DNA of 64,000 nt. Source: a bacterium. GTDB taxonomy: Bacteria; UBA8248. This document shows, piece after piece, positions 9,340 through 18,628 of this stretch. A program made the position numbers and the translations under genes. The stretch's first letter is position 1. Each line of letters starts with the position of its first letter. The notes beneath the pieces are model-generated. The model saw nothing but the letters and a program-made list of their open reading frames with translations, did not search any database and was not told where the DNA came from. The DNA is taken from the NCBI GenBank assembly GCA_963692865.2, contig OY843592.1, positions 2,080,001-2,144,000 on the forward strand. The letters run 5' to 3'.

Positions 9340-9810
9340 CTATGCTATTTCTCTCAAATCAAGTTGGTTAATAACTTGGAGCCGATGATTGCCAGACACG
9401 TCCTCGTTTATTTTCCGCAGGACACTGAGTGATATTTGTCTCTGTCCGTTAGATTGTAATTTGCCTGTCTTCTGCCAAGGTTTCATGCCAGGACCGTTAT
9501 AGACAATTTCAAGTTCGTGTTCGGGAGTCAGTCTAAGCACAATGAGGTGCTCAGGTTCGCTCGACATTGCAACGCCTTTATTTCCTTGCGTGAATTTGAT
9601 CTGAACGAACGTCCCTTGTTTTGTCTTGGCACGTGCGTTTGGGTGGAATTCTCTAATAGCTTCAAATCAAATACGTATGCGGCGATGACTTCACCAATAC
9701 TGCCGACCAGATGACCATCCAACGTAAACTTACGGTTTGGAAATAAAGTTTCCAGTTCGGCAACCGTCTTATAAAGGTTTTTTAATAACCTGCCTAAATC
9801 ATTCCATTTC
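9340..9810 (-). pseudogene. Disrupted DUF6998-like (PD-(D/E)XK-like) protein
   Basis: ELETLFPNRKFTLDGHLVGSIGEVIAAY, then a 1-nt frameshift near 9632 restores HDAKT...VQIKFTQ...LIVLRL...YNGPG; in-frame TAG at the 5' end; low GC. Confidence 0.6.
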
Positions 9811-9882
9811 TATTCTTTTCTCACGCTAGAAAGCCTTGGTATGAGAAAGGACTGAGGGGCGGACGATGTATCGAGAAAACCT

Positions 9883-9957
9883 TGGCTCCGGCGGTAGGAT
9901 TCGAACCTACAACCCATCGGTTAACAGCCGATTGCTCTGCCGTTGAGCTACGCCGGA
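9883..9957 (-). tRNA. tRNA-Asn (GTT)
   Basis: TCCGGCGTAGCTCAACGGCAGAGCAATCGGCTGTTAACCGATGGGTTGTAGGTTCGAATCCTACCGCCGGAGCCA cloverleaf with encoded CCA. Confidence 0.97.
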
Positions 9958-10073
9958 GTGAGAGGCGTTGCGCTTGAGTCTGGATTCTACCGGATTCGGC
10001 GCCAACTCCCAAGCGTAAGGGGGTTATAGGGAAGCGGGCTTAAGGTTGTCAAGGCTACCGGGTGAGCCGAAAA

Positions 10074-11021
10074 TCATACCGGCGCGGATAGTCTCTGCTT
10101 CTCTCTGCGAACCAGCGAATCTTCTTCGGCCAGCGCTCGGCGGATCGCTTCGCTCAGGCCGCAGGGGCGGATATCGAACATCCCCATGCCGCTCGGGTCG
10201 CCGACGGTCGTCTCGTTGCGGAGACTCTCGACGAGTTTGCGCCCGACCCTGGCGTAGAGCGGCGTAACCAGCGCGAGCCACAGGCTGGAGAGGCGCGGAG
10301 TGAGTACGGGCACGGCGATCATCATTCGCCTAAGCCCCCGCTGGCGGGCGTATTCCGCCATGATGTCCCCGTAGGAGGCGCGGTCGGCGCCGCCGATTTC
10401 CAGGACGAGGCTGCGGCCTGTGGGAGCGTCGAGAGCGGCGACGAGGTATTCGATCACGTCTTCTATGGAGATCGGCTGAGCGAGCGTGCGCACCCAGCGG
10501 GGCGTTACCATGACGGGCAGCCTCTCCACCAGCGCCCGGATCATCTCGAACGAGAGGCTTCCCGAGCCGATGATGATTGAGGCTCTGAGCTCTATCGTCT
10601 GCGCGCCGGAGTCCCGGAGAATGCGGCCTACCTCCTGCCTGCTCGCGAGGTGGTCGGACAACCCATCCTCGCTTCCCAGTCCGCCCAGATAGACGATGCG
10701 CTTAACACCCGCCGCCCGGGCCGTGGATGCGAACCCTTTTGCGGCTTGGCGGTCTTCTCGGGCGAAGTCTCCGCCCGACGCCATCGAGTGGACGAGGTAA
10801 TAGGCCGTGGATATACCGCGCATGGCCGCGGGTAGCGTCTCGGGTTTAAGGAGGTCGCCATGCACTACCTCTGTACTGGGCGCGACCTGTGGTTCGAGGG
10901 CTTCGGGGCGGCGGGCCAGGCACCGAAGCGCGCGTGATTCGGCTTCGAGGCGGCGCCTGAGCCTGCCGCCGATGTATCCGGTCGCTCCGGTCAACAGGAT
11001 CTTTTTGCGGTTTTCGGCCAA
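10074..11021 (-). CDS. Atypical SDR / NAD(P)H-binding protein (YbjT-like)
   Basis: ILLTGATGYIGG, AYYLVHSM, HLASRQEVG, LRASIIIGSGSLSFE. Confidence 0.88.
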   Translation of the reverse strand: MAENRKKILLTGATGYIGGRLRRRLEAESRALRCLARRPEALEPQVAPSTEVVHGDLLKPETLPAAMRGISTAYYLVHSMASGGDFAREDRQAAKGFASTARAAGVKRIVYLGGLGSEDGLSDHLASRQEVGRILRDSGAQTIELRASIIIGSGSLSFEMIRALVERLPVMVTPRWVRTLAQPISIEDVIEYLVAALDAPTGRSLVLEIGGADRASYGDIMAEYARQRGLRRMMIAVPVLTPRLSSLWLALVTPLYARVGRKLVESLRNETTVGDPSGMGMFDIRPCGLSEAIRRALAEEDSLVRREKQRLSAPV

Positions 11022-11430
11022 TGTCGAACCCCCCGTCCCGTTGTTTCGATATGGCGGCAGGTCGTAGCGATATCCATCCGGGTTGGATGCGCCGCCGCGG
11101 GTTTTGAGAAGAAAAAATTTCGACAATCGGCGCCGGAGGGGAGATTTGACCGGAAGGCAGGGAGGCGCTGCGTTTGGTTATCGGGTTCGCTTGCCAGGTC
11201 ATTGAGCATGGGTAACTCTCCCCGGTCTTTCGCGGCGCGACTCCGAAATCCCCTGGGGACAGGGAGTCGGGAGCCAGTCTATACGAGTTGTCCGCCCAAG
11301 TGAAGAGAAATGAACCGTCGCGGAATTCGGGTTCCTGCGATAGCGGAACGATAAACGGCGCGTCGAGACGTCATGATCGTCAGGTTTGCGGGGTGTTCAG
11401 GGCGTATGGAGCAGGGGAAGCCGAACTGCG

Positions 11431-12795
11431 CTAGTCGAGCAGCACCCGCGGCAACCACATGGCGATTTCGGGGAAGACGATGACGAGCCCCAGTCCGATG
11501 AGCTGCAGCAACACGAAGGGGATGATCCCGCGGTAAATCTGCTGGAGGCGCACCTGGGGCGGGGCGACTCCCTTCATATAGAACAAGGCGAAGCCGAACG
11601 GCGGCGTGAGGAACGACGTCTGCAGATTGACCGCCATCAGAATCGAGAACCAGTAGATGACCTCGCTCTTGGGCAGGTGGTCGCCGAAATCCAGCTCGGC
11701 GAGGATCGGCGCGAACACCGGGAGCACGATGAGCGTGATCTCGATCCAGTCGAAGAAGAACCCGAGGAAGAACACCACCGCCATCAGGATCATGAGGATC
11801 CACCAGGGGTTGGTTCCCACCGAGTAGATCACGTCCTGAATGAAGTCGTCGCCGCCGAGCGAGCGGAAGACGTAGGAGAAGGCGGTCGCGCCGACGAAGA
11901 TGAAGAACAGCATCGCGTTGGTGAGCGAGGTGCGCTCGACCACGTCTTTCAGGACCGACCAGGTCAGCTGCCGGTTGACGATGGCGAGCAGGGTCGCTCC
12001 GGCCGCCCCGACCCCGGCCGCTTCGGTGGGCGTCGCCCAGCCAGCGACGATCGACCCCAGGACCAGTACGATCAGGAACACCGCCGGCACCAGGCCCTTG
12101 AGCAGCAGCAGGATCAGTTCGCCCGACGTCTGCGGACCCATCTCCTTGGGCAAACGCGGCGCCAGACTGGGCTTCAGCGCGCACCTCGTGAAAATGTAGG
12201 CGAAGTAAAGCCCCGACAGTATCAGGCCGGGGAAGATGGCCGCGACGAACAGGGTTCCCACCGAACGACCGAGAAGATCGGCCATGATGACCAGCATGAT
12301 GCTGGGCGGTATCAGGATCCCGAGCGTACCCGAGGCGGCGATGGTGCCGGTCGCGAGCTCCATGTTGTACTCGCGCTCGACCATGACCGGCAGCGCCATC
12401 AGGCTGATCATCACCACTGACGCGCCGATGATGCCGGTCGTCGCCGCGAGGATCGTGCCCATGACCGTGACGGCGAGCGCCAGCCCGCCCGGCGTGCGCC
12501 GCAGCACCACCTGGAGGCAGTACAGGAGATTGGCGGCGACGCCGGAGCGTTCCAGCATCGTCCCCATGAAGATGAACATCGGGATCGCCACCAGCACCAG
12601 GTTGTCGGCGAAACCCCAGATGCGGAGCACGAGGTTGAAGAACTCGACCTGGGAGAAGACCTCGAAATACATGCCGATGAAGCCGAAGGCGAGACCCACG
12701 CCCCCCAGTACGAATCCGACCGGGAAGCCCGAGAACAGGAGAACCGCCAGAGTGATAAACATGCAAGCCGGCAGGTAGTCCTCGATATAGAACAT
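11431..12795 (-). CDS. dctM: TRAP transporter large permease (DctM)
   Basis: Polytopic membrane protein; SGTLGILIPPS and QTSFLTPPFGFALFY. Confidence 0.95.
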   Translation of the reverse strand: MFYIEDYLPACMFITLAVLLFSGFPVGFVLGGVGLAFGFIGMYFEVFSQVEFFNLVLRIWGFADNLVLVAIPMFIFMGTMLERSGVAANLLYCLQVVLRRTPGGLALAVTVMGTILAATTGIIGASVVMISLMALPVMVEREYNMELATGTIAASGTLGILIPPSIMLVIMADLLGRSVGTLFVAAIFPGLILSGLYFAYIFTRCALKPSLAPRLPKEMGPQTSGELILLLLKGLVPAVFLIVLVLGSIVAGWATPTEAAGVGAAGATLLAIVNRQLTWSVLKDVVERTSLTNAMLFFIFVGATAFSYVFRSLGGDDFIQDVIYSVGTNPWWILMILMAVVFFLGFFFDWIEITLIVLPVFAPILAELDFGDHLPKSEVIYWFSILMAVNLQTSFLTPPFGFALFYMKGVAPPQVRLQQIYRGIIPFVLLQLIGLGLVIVFPEIAMWLPRVLLD

Positions 12796-12807
12796 GCGCA
12801 GGCGCCT

Positions 12808-13386
12808 CTAACTCTGCCCGAGCCGGTCGATCGGCTCGCTCGCGCGCTCTTCCTTCCGGGGGAGGAGTTCGCGGAGGTCCGCCGGGCCGAACAACTCGAT
12901 GATCTTGCGCAGTAGGATGGTGATACCCGACAGGAGCAGAACGAACAGACCGATCGGCAGGCACGCCTTGATCGCCCACCGATAGGGAAGGCCGGTCGCG
13001 GAGTCCGAGGCCTCGCCGACGGCCCACGATCTCGCGACGAAGTCTTCGGCGAAATAGGTGACGATGAGGCAGTAGGGGATCACGAACACGATGCAGCCAA
13101 TTAACTCGATCCAATCCTTGGCGCGCGTACTCAGCCGTTCACGGAGCAGGTCGATCCGCACGTGGGCGTCTTCGATATAGGTGAAGCCGATGCAGAGCAG
13201 GAACAGGACTGCGTGCAGGTGCCATTCGCCCTCCTGTAGCTTGGTGGATCCCAGCACCAGAAAGCGCCGGGTAACGACGTCGAATATGATGACGACCATC
13301 AGCGGAATCGAGAGCCAGGCGCTGAACTTTCCGACGCCGATCACGATCCGGGCGAGAAAATCCTGTATTCGAAACAGTTGCCGCAT
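12808..13386 (-). CDS. dctQ: TRAP transporter small permease (DctQ)
   Basis: Four TM segments; LQEGEWHL, DAHVRIDLL. Confidence 0.92.
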   Translation of the reverse strand: MRQLFRIQDFLARIVIGVGKFSAWLSIPLMVVIIFDVVTRRFLVLGSTKLQEGEWHLHAVLFLLCIGFTYIEDAHVRIDLLRERLSTRAKDWIELIGCIVFVIPYCLIVTYFAEDFVARSWAVGEASDSATGLPYRWAIKACLPIGLFVLLLSGITILLRKIIELFGPADLRELLPRKEERASEPIDRLGQS

Positions 13387-13414
13387 GAATAGGCTTCCCG
13401 GCGCAGCATACGCG

Positions 13415-13455
13415 AAAAAGGCGCCGGAACCGTGACCGTTACGGTTCCGGCGCCT
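13415..13455 (-). terminator. Intrinsic terminator/stabilising hairpin between dctP and dctQ
   Basis: AGGCGCCGGAACCGT-loop-ACGGTTCCGGCGCCT followed by TTTT on the minus strand. Confidence 0.75.
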
Positions 13456-13498
13456 GTGGGTTTTTCAAGCGAGACGGCTGAGCGCCGTCACATCGGTA

Positions 13499-14560
13499 TT
13501 ACCTGAGGTAGCCGAGATCCTTCCAGACAGCGTATTCCTTGCGGAAGGCGCTGTAGGATTCCCAGACCTTCTTGAAGTTCGCGTCGCGCGCGGCGTCCGC
13601 AGCGGCGACTTCGGCCCATTTCTTCTCGAGCGTGTCCAGGATCGACTGGGGCCAGCGATGAATCGTCACGCCCTTCTTCTTGAGTTCGATCAAAGCCTTG
13701 CCCTGAATGGCCTCGCCCTCGGCGAGCCCCTGGCGGAACGCGTCGCCGCACGACACCTCAATCTGCGCCCGCTGGGTATCGGTGAGCGCGTCCCACTTCT
13801 TTCTGTTCAACAACAGTTCGAATACCGTGGACTGCTGGTGCCAGCCGGGGAAGTAGTAGTGCTTCGCCACCTGGTAGAAGCCGAGGTTGAGGTCGATCGC
13901 CGGCATCGAGTATTCCGTCGCGTCGATGGAGCCGCGCTCGAGCGCCGGGAAGATGTCGCCGCCCGCGATGAGCTGGGTGGAAACGCCTATTTTTTCCATC
14001 ACCTTGGCGCCGAGACCGAAGAAACGCATCTTCAGGCCCTTCAAGTCGTCGATGCTCTTGATCTCCTTGCGGAACCAGCCCGACGCTTCGGGCGCGATGA
14101 CGCCGCAGGGCAGCGATTTCAGGCCATGCTTCTTGTAAATTTCGTCCCAGAGCTTGTAGCCGCCGCCGTAGAAAATCCAGCCCATATATTCGCCGGCCCT
14201 GGGGCCGAAGGGGACGGCGGCGAACATGGCGAGCGCCGGCTCCTTGCCGTACCAGTAGCCGGGCGTCGACCAGCACGCATCCACCGAGCCCTTCGCCACG
14301 GCGTCGAAGCACTCCTTGGCCGGAATCAGCGCGCCGGGCTCGAAGAACCTGATTTTGATGTTGCCGCCCGAAACCCTGTCCAGACGGTCGACCATGGCTT
14401 TGCCCATCGAGCCGAGCTGGGTCAATTTGCTCGGGAACCAACTCGCCATTTTCCAGCGTATGCGCTTCGCGGCGTCCGCTTCGCCGACGCCCGACGCCGC
14501 CAGCGCGACGCTCAGCGCACAGATCATGAATCCGATCGTCATAAGCTTCCTGGTCGCCAT
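13499..14560 (-). CDS. dctP: TRAP substrate-binding protein (DctP, TakP-like keto-acid subfamily)
   Basis: Signal peptide; WKMAS, GWFRKEI, LKMRFFGLG, YYFPGWHQ. Confidence 0.93.
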   Translation of the reverse strand: MATRKLMTIGFMICALSVALAASGVGEADAAKRIRWKMASWFPSKLTQLGSMGKAMVDRLDRVSGGNIKIRFFEPGALIPAKECFDAVAKGSVDACWSTPGYWYGKEPALAMFAAVPFGPRAGEYMGWIFYGGGYKLWDEIYKKHGLKSLPCGVIAPEASGWFRKEIKSIDDLKGLKMRFFGLGAKVMEKIGVSTQLIAGGDIFPALERGSIDATEYSMPAIDLNLGFYQVAKHYYFPGWHQQSTVFELLLNRKKWDALTDTQRAQIEVSCGDAFRQGLAEGEAIQGKALIELKKKGVTIHRWPQSILDTLEKKWAEVAAADAARDANFKKVWESYSAFRKEYAVWKDLGYLR

Positions 14561-14685
14561 TCGCAGTTCCCTCCTTTCGAGTTGGCGCGTATTTATGCAG
14601 AGACATTCATCTCAACCATTGAGACGACGCTCTGATTCCTGTTGCGCCAGATACCCACTATTGATGTGTTCGATGTGTCGAATAC

Positions 14686-14713
14686 ATTCTATTCATCGTT
14701 CGCCCGCTGTCAA
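14686..14713 (-). promoter_or_regulatory. Sigma70-like promoter for the TRAP operon
   Basis: Minus strand TTGACA-16 bp-TAGAAT. Confidence 0.55.
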
Positions 14714-14780
14714 GGGGGCCGAAATCGGGTGTCAGTGATTACCGGAGGCGCGGGCGGGCTTCTCGAGGTCCGCGTGCCCG

Positions 14781-15590
14781 TCAGAAGCCGTAATAACGCG
14801 GGTAGCCCTGCTTCTCCCAGAACCCGCCCATGTCCTCGTTCGTGAAGAAGACGTAGCGCAGGAATTTCGCGCTCTTCCAGCCCACGTTGGTCGGCGAGGC
14901 GAGGCGCAGCGGCGCGCCGTGCTGCAGGGGCAGCGTCTCGCCGTTGTATTCATAGGCGAGGACGTTTTGGGGGTGCATCGCCTGCTTGAGATCGAACGTC
15001 ACGCTGTAGCGCTCGTGCCCGTTCGCGGTGGCGAGCATGTCGTCGCACAGGAAGAACACGTAGCGGCTCTCGGGCCGGATGTCGTGCATTTCGATGAAGC
15101 GCGCCAGGTGCACCCCCCGCCAGTGGCAGATGGCGCTCCAGCCCTCCACGCAGATGTGCTCCACCGTCTGCTCCAGCACGGGCATCGCGCGAAGCTGCGC
15201 AAGCGTGTATTCCCGCACCCAGCGGCGCTTCATCATCCGGCCGTTCCTGAGATGGGCCTCCCCAACGACGAGCCGCCATTCCTCCGGCGGCGTCTCGATG
15301 AGCCGGGAGTTCGGCGTGACCACCGATCCATTGGGCCGCATCTGTTCGGGCTGGACGGCGCTTCTGGGATAGGTGCGCGCCAGGCGGTGGTTGCTGTCCG
15401 TCAAGAGGCCCACCTTGTGGTTCAATCTATCGAACCAGCTCAGCACGGCCTGCGCGCCGGGCGAATCGTCCAGGCGCGAGCATCCGGCCATGAAGGCGGA
15501 TGCGAGGCCAAGGAGCATCTTCATGAATCCGCGCCTGGACGACGCCGGTTTATCCTCGCTGGAGACGTTTCTTTCTTCGTCTCTATTCAT
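14781..15590 (-). CDS. Tat-exported molybdopterin oxidoreductase, sulfite oxidase/MsrP-like family
   Basis: SRRGFMK twin-arginine signal with MAGC lipobox-like motif; HICVEGWS Mo-ligating Cys; HPQNVLAY, HGAPLRL, GWKSAK, GGFWEKQGY. Confidence 0.88.
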   Translation of the reverse strand: MNRDEERNVSSEDKPASSRRGFMKMLLGLASAFMAGCSRLDDSPGAQAVLSWFDRLNHKVGLLTDSNHRLARTYPRSAVQPEQMRPNGSVVTPNSRLIETPPEEWRLVVGEAHLRNGRMMKRRWVREYTLAQLRAMPVLEQTVEHICVEGWSAICHWRGVHLARFIEMHDIRPESRYVFFLCDDMLATANGHERYSVTFDLKQAMHPQNVLAYEYNGETLPLQHGAPLRLASPTNVGWKSAKFLRYVFFTNEDMGGFWEKQGYPRYYGF

Positions 15591-15877
15591 GGCTTCTCTC
15601 CGGGAGACTCCGGCGGCGGCTTCAATACCTTGATGACGACGGGCGCGATGATGGGTACGGCCAGTACGAGAGAGGTCGGAAACAAGATGCAGGCCCAGGC
15701 CAGAAACCCGAACCCGAAGCGCGTGAGCCAGGCCATCGGCCCGCTCAGGAGATAAGCGGCGACCACGGCCAGAAGCGCGTTGATGCAGACGACGCTCAAC
15801 ACCAGCCTGCCCGCGAACAGCCTGCGCTTCGCCAGTCGTGTCGGCAGCACGAATTCCGTTTGATCTTCCGTGCCCAT
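15587..15877 (-). CDS. Small membrane protein
   Basis: Two hydrophobic segments; tightly packed in the operon. Confidence 0.6.
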   Translation of the reverse strand: MGTEDQTEFVLPTRLAKRRLFAGRLVLSVVCINALLAVVAAYLLSGPMAWLTRFGFGFLAWACILFPTSLVLAVPIIAPVVIKVLKPPPESPGEKP

Positions 15878-15880
15878 CTC

Positions 15881-16873
15881 TCAGCTTCCCGCTTTCGCCT
15901 TGCGCCACAGGTTCCCGACGCGACGTCCGCGCATGAGACCGAAGCGAAAAAGGAGATAGCCCGGCGCGCCGAACCAAAGTCCCTGGGCCTCGCCGCCCAA
16001 AGCCGCGTTCATCATATCCGCAACGAGGCTACCAAGCCAGAAGGAAACCACCAGGATCGCCGCCTCCTCGGCGGCGCGCCCGAGATTTCTGGCGAATTGC
16101 CTTTGTCTGGCCCGAAAGGCGTCGCGCTCCGCCTTGACGCCGACGATCATGGGCGCGAGTCCGCGCCGCCATCCGTGGGATATCACCATGAGGAAATGGC
16201 CGATCATGAAGACGACGAGGAACAGCATCACCAGAAAATGGAGGAACCTGCTCGACTGATAACCCCCGAAAAGCCATGTCAACCACCCGAACTGGACGGG
16301 TTTCAGGATGGCGAGGCCCGTCAGGACGGTGAGCACGCCCGCCAGTACGACGACGTTGTACGCAATTTTTTGAATCGGGTTGAACTTCCCCTCTCCGGGG
16401 GAACGGTGAAAGGTCTTGATCGGGTGAAGGAGCATCTCCTTCGCGCCGGCGAAATCCGCTTTCTTAATCCGGTAGTGCCTCCCTTCTTCCGTCAGGAGGA
16501 GCAGGAGCAGGAAGATCAATCCGTTGATGGTGTAGGGCCACATGAGGGCGAAGTGCCAGCGCAGCGCGCCCGCGAGCCACCTTCCGATGCCGAAGGTCTT
16601 CGTGAGGCCCTGGACGAACACCCTGTAATCGGCGCCCAGGTTGACGGCGCGCGGGTCGGCCTGGGTTTCCGTCCCCCGCAGCGCTTCGAAGATGGCCTCG
16701 GGGTTGGGCCTGTCCGGCCCGAACGCGGGGTAGGCCCACCATATCTGAAGCCCGCTCGCCATCATCAGGAGCAGGAGGGGGACGTTCAGCCAATGGGTGA
16801 TCCTTAAGAGCGATGAATAGGGATATGCGGGGGCGTCCGGGGTTTTCGGGGTCGTTTCTTCGGTTTCCATCAT
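15881..16873 (-). CDS. Di-haem cytochrome b (Ni-hydrogenase cytochrome b-like), partner of the molybdoenzyme
   Basis: LRITHWLN, MASGLQIW, LRWHFALMW, FNPIQKIAY, KPVQFGWL, RFLHF...GH. Confidence 0.88.
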   Translation of the reverse strand: MMETEETTPKTPDAPAYPYSSLLRITHWLNVPLLLLMMASGLQIWWAYPAFGPDRPNPEAIFEALRGTETQADPRAVNLGADYRVFVQGLTKTFGIGRWLAGALRWHFALMWPYTINGLIFLLLLLLTEEGRHYRIKKADFAGAKEMLLHPIKTFHRSPGEGKFNPIQKIAYNVVVLAGVLTVLTGLAILKPVQFGWLTWLFGGYQSSRFLHFLVMLFLVVFMIGHFLMVISHGWRRGLAPMIVGVKAERDAFRARQRQFARNLGRAAEEAAILVVSFWLGSLVADMMNAALGGEAQGLWFGAPGYLLFRFGLMRGRRVGNLWRKAKAGS

Positions 16874-17391
16874 TCGGCGAGCAGCTTCATGATCATCGCT
16901 TCGGTGCGCTCGTGATTGCCCTCGCCGATCGTCTTGAAGCGTACGACGCCCTTCTTGTCGATCAGGTATTTCGTGGGCCAGAAGCGGTTTTCATAGGCTT
17001 TCCAGTTGGTGAAGTCGTTGTCCATCACGACGCGGTATTTGATGCCGAGCTTGGCCATGGCGTCTGCGACGTTCTCTTTTTTCCTGTCGAAGTTGAACTC
17101 GGGCGCATGGTTCCCGATGACGACCAGCCCCTTCTCCTCATAGCGCTCGTGCCACGAACGCAGCGTGGGGATCTCCCGCACGCAATTGATTCAGGCGAAC
17201 GTCCACATGTCGAGGAGAACGACCTTGCCGCGCAGGTCGGCGAGTTTCACGGGTTCGCCGCCCAGCCAGGGACCGCCCTTGAACTCGGGCGCCTGCGCGC
17301 CGGGTCCGAGGCCCGATGCGCCCGCCTGGTAAAACGTCCAGAAAACGGCGAGAAGGGCGACGGCGATGATGCAGGTGAGGGTTCGCTTCAT
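16870..17391 (-). CDS. DipZ/TlpA-like thioredoxin, probable selenoprotein (UxxC), 173 aa
   Basis: Two track ORFs join in frame across TGA 17191-17193: LRGKVVLLDMWTFA-U-INCVREIP...GNHAPEF...NRFWPTKYLIDKKG; SECIS-like hairpin at 17163-17183. Confidence 0.88.
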
Positions 17392-17457
17392 CGTGATCTC
17401 CTGGGAACAAGACGGCCTGAGAACACTTTAGGAGAAGGTTTGAGCGGATGCAAATAC

Positions 17458-18182
17458 GGGGCTGTTGAAAAAGGCTTGGAGAGCGATTCTGGTTGTGTGC
17501 ACGCTTTTGAATTTCACTCCCCCCTTGAGGGGGCTGTTGAAAAACCCTCGTCTTCGATCCCCGCAACCCGCCGACGCCTCTTTCCTCATCCTGAGTAGGC
17601 GCGTAAGCTCCGTATCGAAGGATGGGGGAACGCATCTGACCAGCGGGACGCGAATTTCGCCCTTCGATACGCGGCTTCGCCGCTACTCAGGGTGAGGCGG
17701 AGCGGCGGGCTGCGCAGGGCGAGGAGGGGATGGCGCCGCATCGGACTTTTTCAACAACCCCTTGAGGGTCAGGCTTCCCGAGGGGAAAGCCCGACGAAGA
17801 GGCCGAGCCCTTGGGCGAAGGCCGATTCGGTGGGGGGTAAAACGCATTATGTCTCCATTCCGAATTCTACCCCCCACCAGTTCGCTTTCGGGCTTACGCC
17901 CTCAGCTCACTGTCGGTCTTCCCCGAGGGAGACCGACCCTCAAGGGGGGAGTGAATCTTGTATCCCCCGGTCGGCGACATGATGCTCCCGTAGGGACAGG
18001 CCTCAGTGCCTGTCCTGATTGCAATCATCCTGTAAAGGGACAACCACGGAGGGTTGTCCCTACACCGCGACTCCTCATTCATCGGACCTTTTCAACAACC
18101 CCCTCAAGGGGGGAGTGATTTTCTCTCTCGTCGGTCGAGTACATACGACAAGTCTGGAAACCAGGGGTTTTTCAACAGCCCC
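17458..18182. mobile_element. Nested MITE/REP composite
   Basis: Outer TIRs GGGGCTGTTGAAAAA...TTTTTCAACAGCCCC with ATAC duplication. Inner copy 17530-17761 with TTGA(G) duplication sits inside a TTCACTCCCCCCTTGAGGG...CCCTCAAGGGGGGAGTGAA palindrome. GTAG REP doublet at 17990-18063. Confidence 0.8.
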
Positions 18183-18253
18183 ATACTCCTATACGATGGG
18201 CGGAGAGATTCGCAGACCCCGAATTCATTTTTCGGTAAAGTTTCATCATCCGG

Positions 18254-18610
18254 ATGGAGAAGAGCGTGAAGCACTATCATTTCGAGGAGATGGAAGCGCA
18301 CGATACCGGCGAGCGGATTCAGCGGGTGGTGGCGGGCGAGAAGCTGACCGTGCTTCGCCAGACGATTCGCGCCGGCGTGGACATGTACAACCCCCATTCG
18401 CACCCGAACGAGCAGATGACGATCGTGCTGGAAGGCACGGCGAGGTTCGCTTGCGGGGGTAAAGAGGTGGTGCTCGGGCCGGGCGGCGTCGTGGTTTTTC
18501 CACCGAACCAGGAACACTCCACGCGCAACGCGGGCGATGGGCCGCTCGTTCTGGAGGAGATATTCACGCCGGGCGTCGAGAAGCTGAACGAACTCGCGCC
18601 CGAGGATTGA
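18254..18610 (+). CDS. Cupin-domain protein
   Basis: PHSHPNEQ and PPNQEH cupin motifs. Confidence 0.88.
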   Translation: MEKSVKHYHFEEMEAHDTGERIQRVVAGEKLTVLRQTIRAGVDMYNPHSHPNEQMTIVLEGTARFACGGKEVVLGPGGVVVFPPNQEHSTRNAGDGPLVLEEIFTPGVEKLNELAPED

Positions 18611-18628
18611 AGCGGGCCGGAGAGAGGC

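Noticed and set aside
10991-11209. 72-aa ORF with a purine-rich SD upstream of the NAD(P)H-binding gene
   Set aside because: No recognisable motif and it overlaps the downstream start out of frame; cannot be supported.
17458-18182. CRISPR array or structured ncRNA
   Set aside because: No regularly spaced identical repeats with unique spacers and no cas genes; nested inverted repeats with target duplications explain the structure.
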